Below, in pieces: positions 63,968-64,000 of a stretch of 64,000 bases of DNA (its first letter is position 1; every line of letters begins with the position of its first letter). The stretch comes from Cyanophyceae cyanobacterium. GTDB taxonomy: Bacteria > Cyanobacteriota > Cyanobacteriia > Cyanobacteriales > Laspinemataceae. Location of the stretch: NCBI GenBank assembly GCA_038321985.1, contig JBBQFN010000015.1, positions 32,001-96,000 of the forward strand, given 5' to 3'. The notes below the pieces were generated by a model. That model was not told the origin of the DNA, did not search any database, and was given only the letters and a program-made list of their open reading frames with translations. A program made the translations under genes and the position numbers.

Positions 63968-64000
63968 TGTCCCTACTCTGAGAGTCGCTCAGGGGTAAAT

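Larger units (their letters stand above)
1..64000. repeat. HIP1 octamer GCGATCGC, often as GGCGATCGCC, dispersed throughout
   Basis: Very frequent in coding and intergenic DNA (e.g. about 310, 1490, 1695, 2765); a hallmark of many cyanobacteria. Confidence 0.95.

Noticed and set aside
1..64000. CRISPR array, rRNA or canonical tRNA
   Set aside because: No regularly spaced direct repeats or full cloverleaf seen; the repeats present are HIP1, heptamers, coding repeats and gene duplications.

Overview
Chromosomal window from a filamentous cyanobacterium, probably Oscillatoriales-like (inferred from dense HIP1 GCGATCGC, heptamer repeats, and DUF4347/RTX and 4-Cys-prefix kinases). The left part is the beta-carboxysome/CO2-uptake locus. 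It contains cupB (5' end only), ndhD4 and ndhF4, divergent from ccmK2-ccmK(chimeric)-ccmK1-ccmL-ccmM-ccmN. A terminator and a decayed IS200/IS605 tnpB element follow, then ccmO. Next come stress-type genes (SDR, hemerythrin-domain protein, SPS-like glycosyltransferase), dprA, a pirA gene with NtcA boxes that the ORF track missed, a 1570-aa RTX surface protein, tldD and a histidine-kinase pseudogene. The rest of the window holds pdhB-secD-secF, an Rpn nuclease, a CPA2 antiporter, chlD, a c-di-AMP riboswitch leading an Nrt/Cmp-family ABC transporter, pmbA, a response regulator followed by four tandem Ser/Thr kinases (one a probable pseudokinase), a contiguous intein-free dnaE, gatA and an M15 peptidase. 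No rRNA, canonical tRNA or CRISPR array was seen. The most notable observations are the K1/K2 hybrid ccmK, the unsplit dnaE, the tnpB/omegaRNA remnant separating ccmO from its operon, the riboswitch-controlled transporter and the kinase/pseudokinase array. All family assignments come from motif recognition by eye; no database searches were run.
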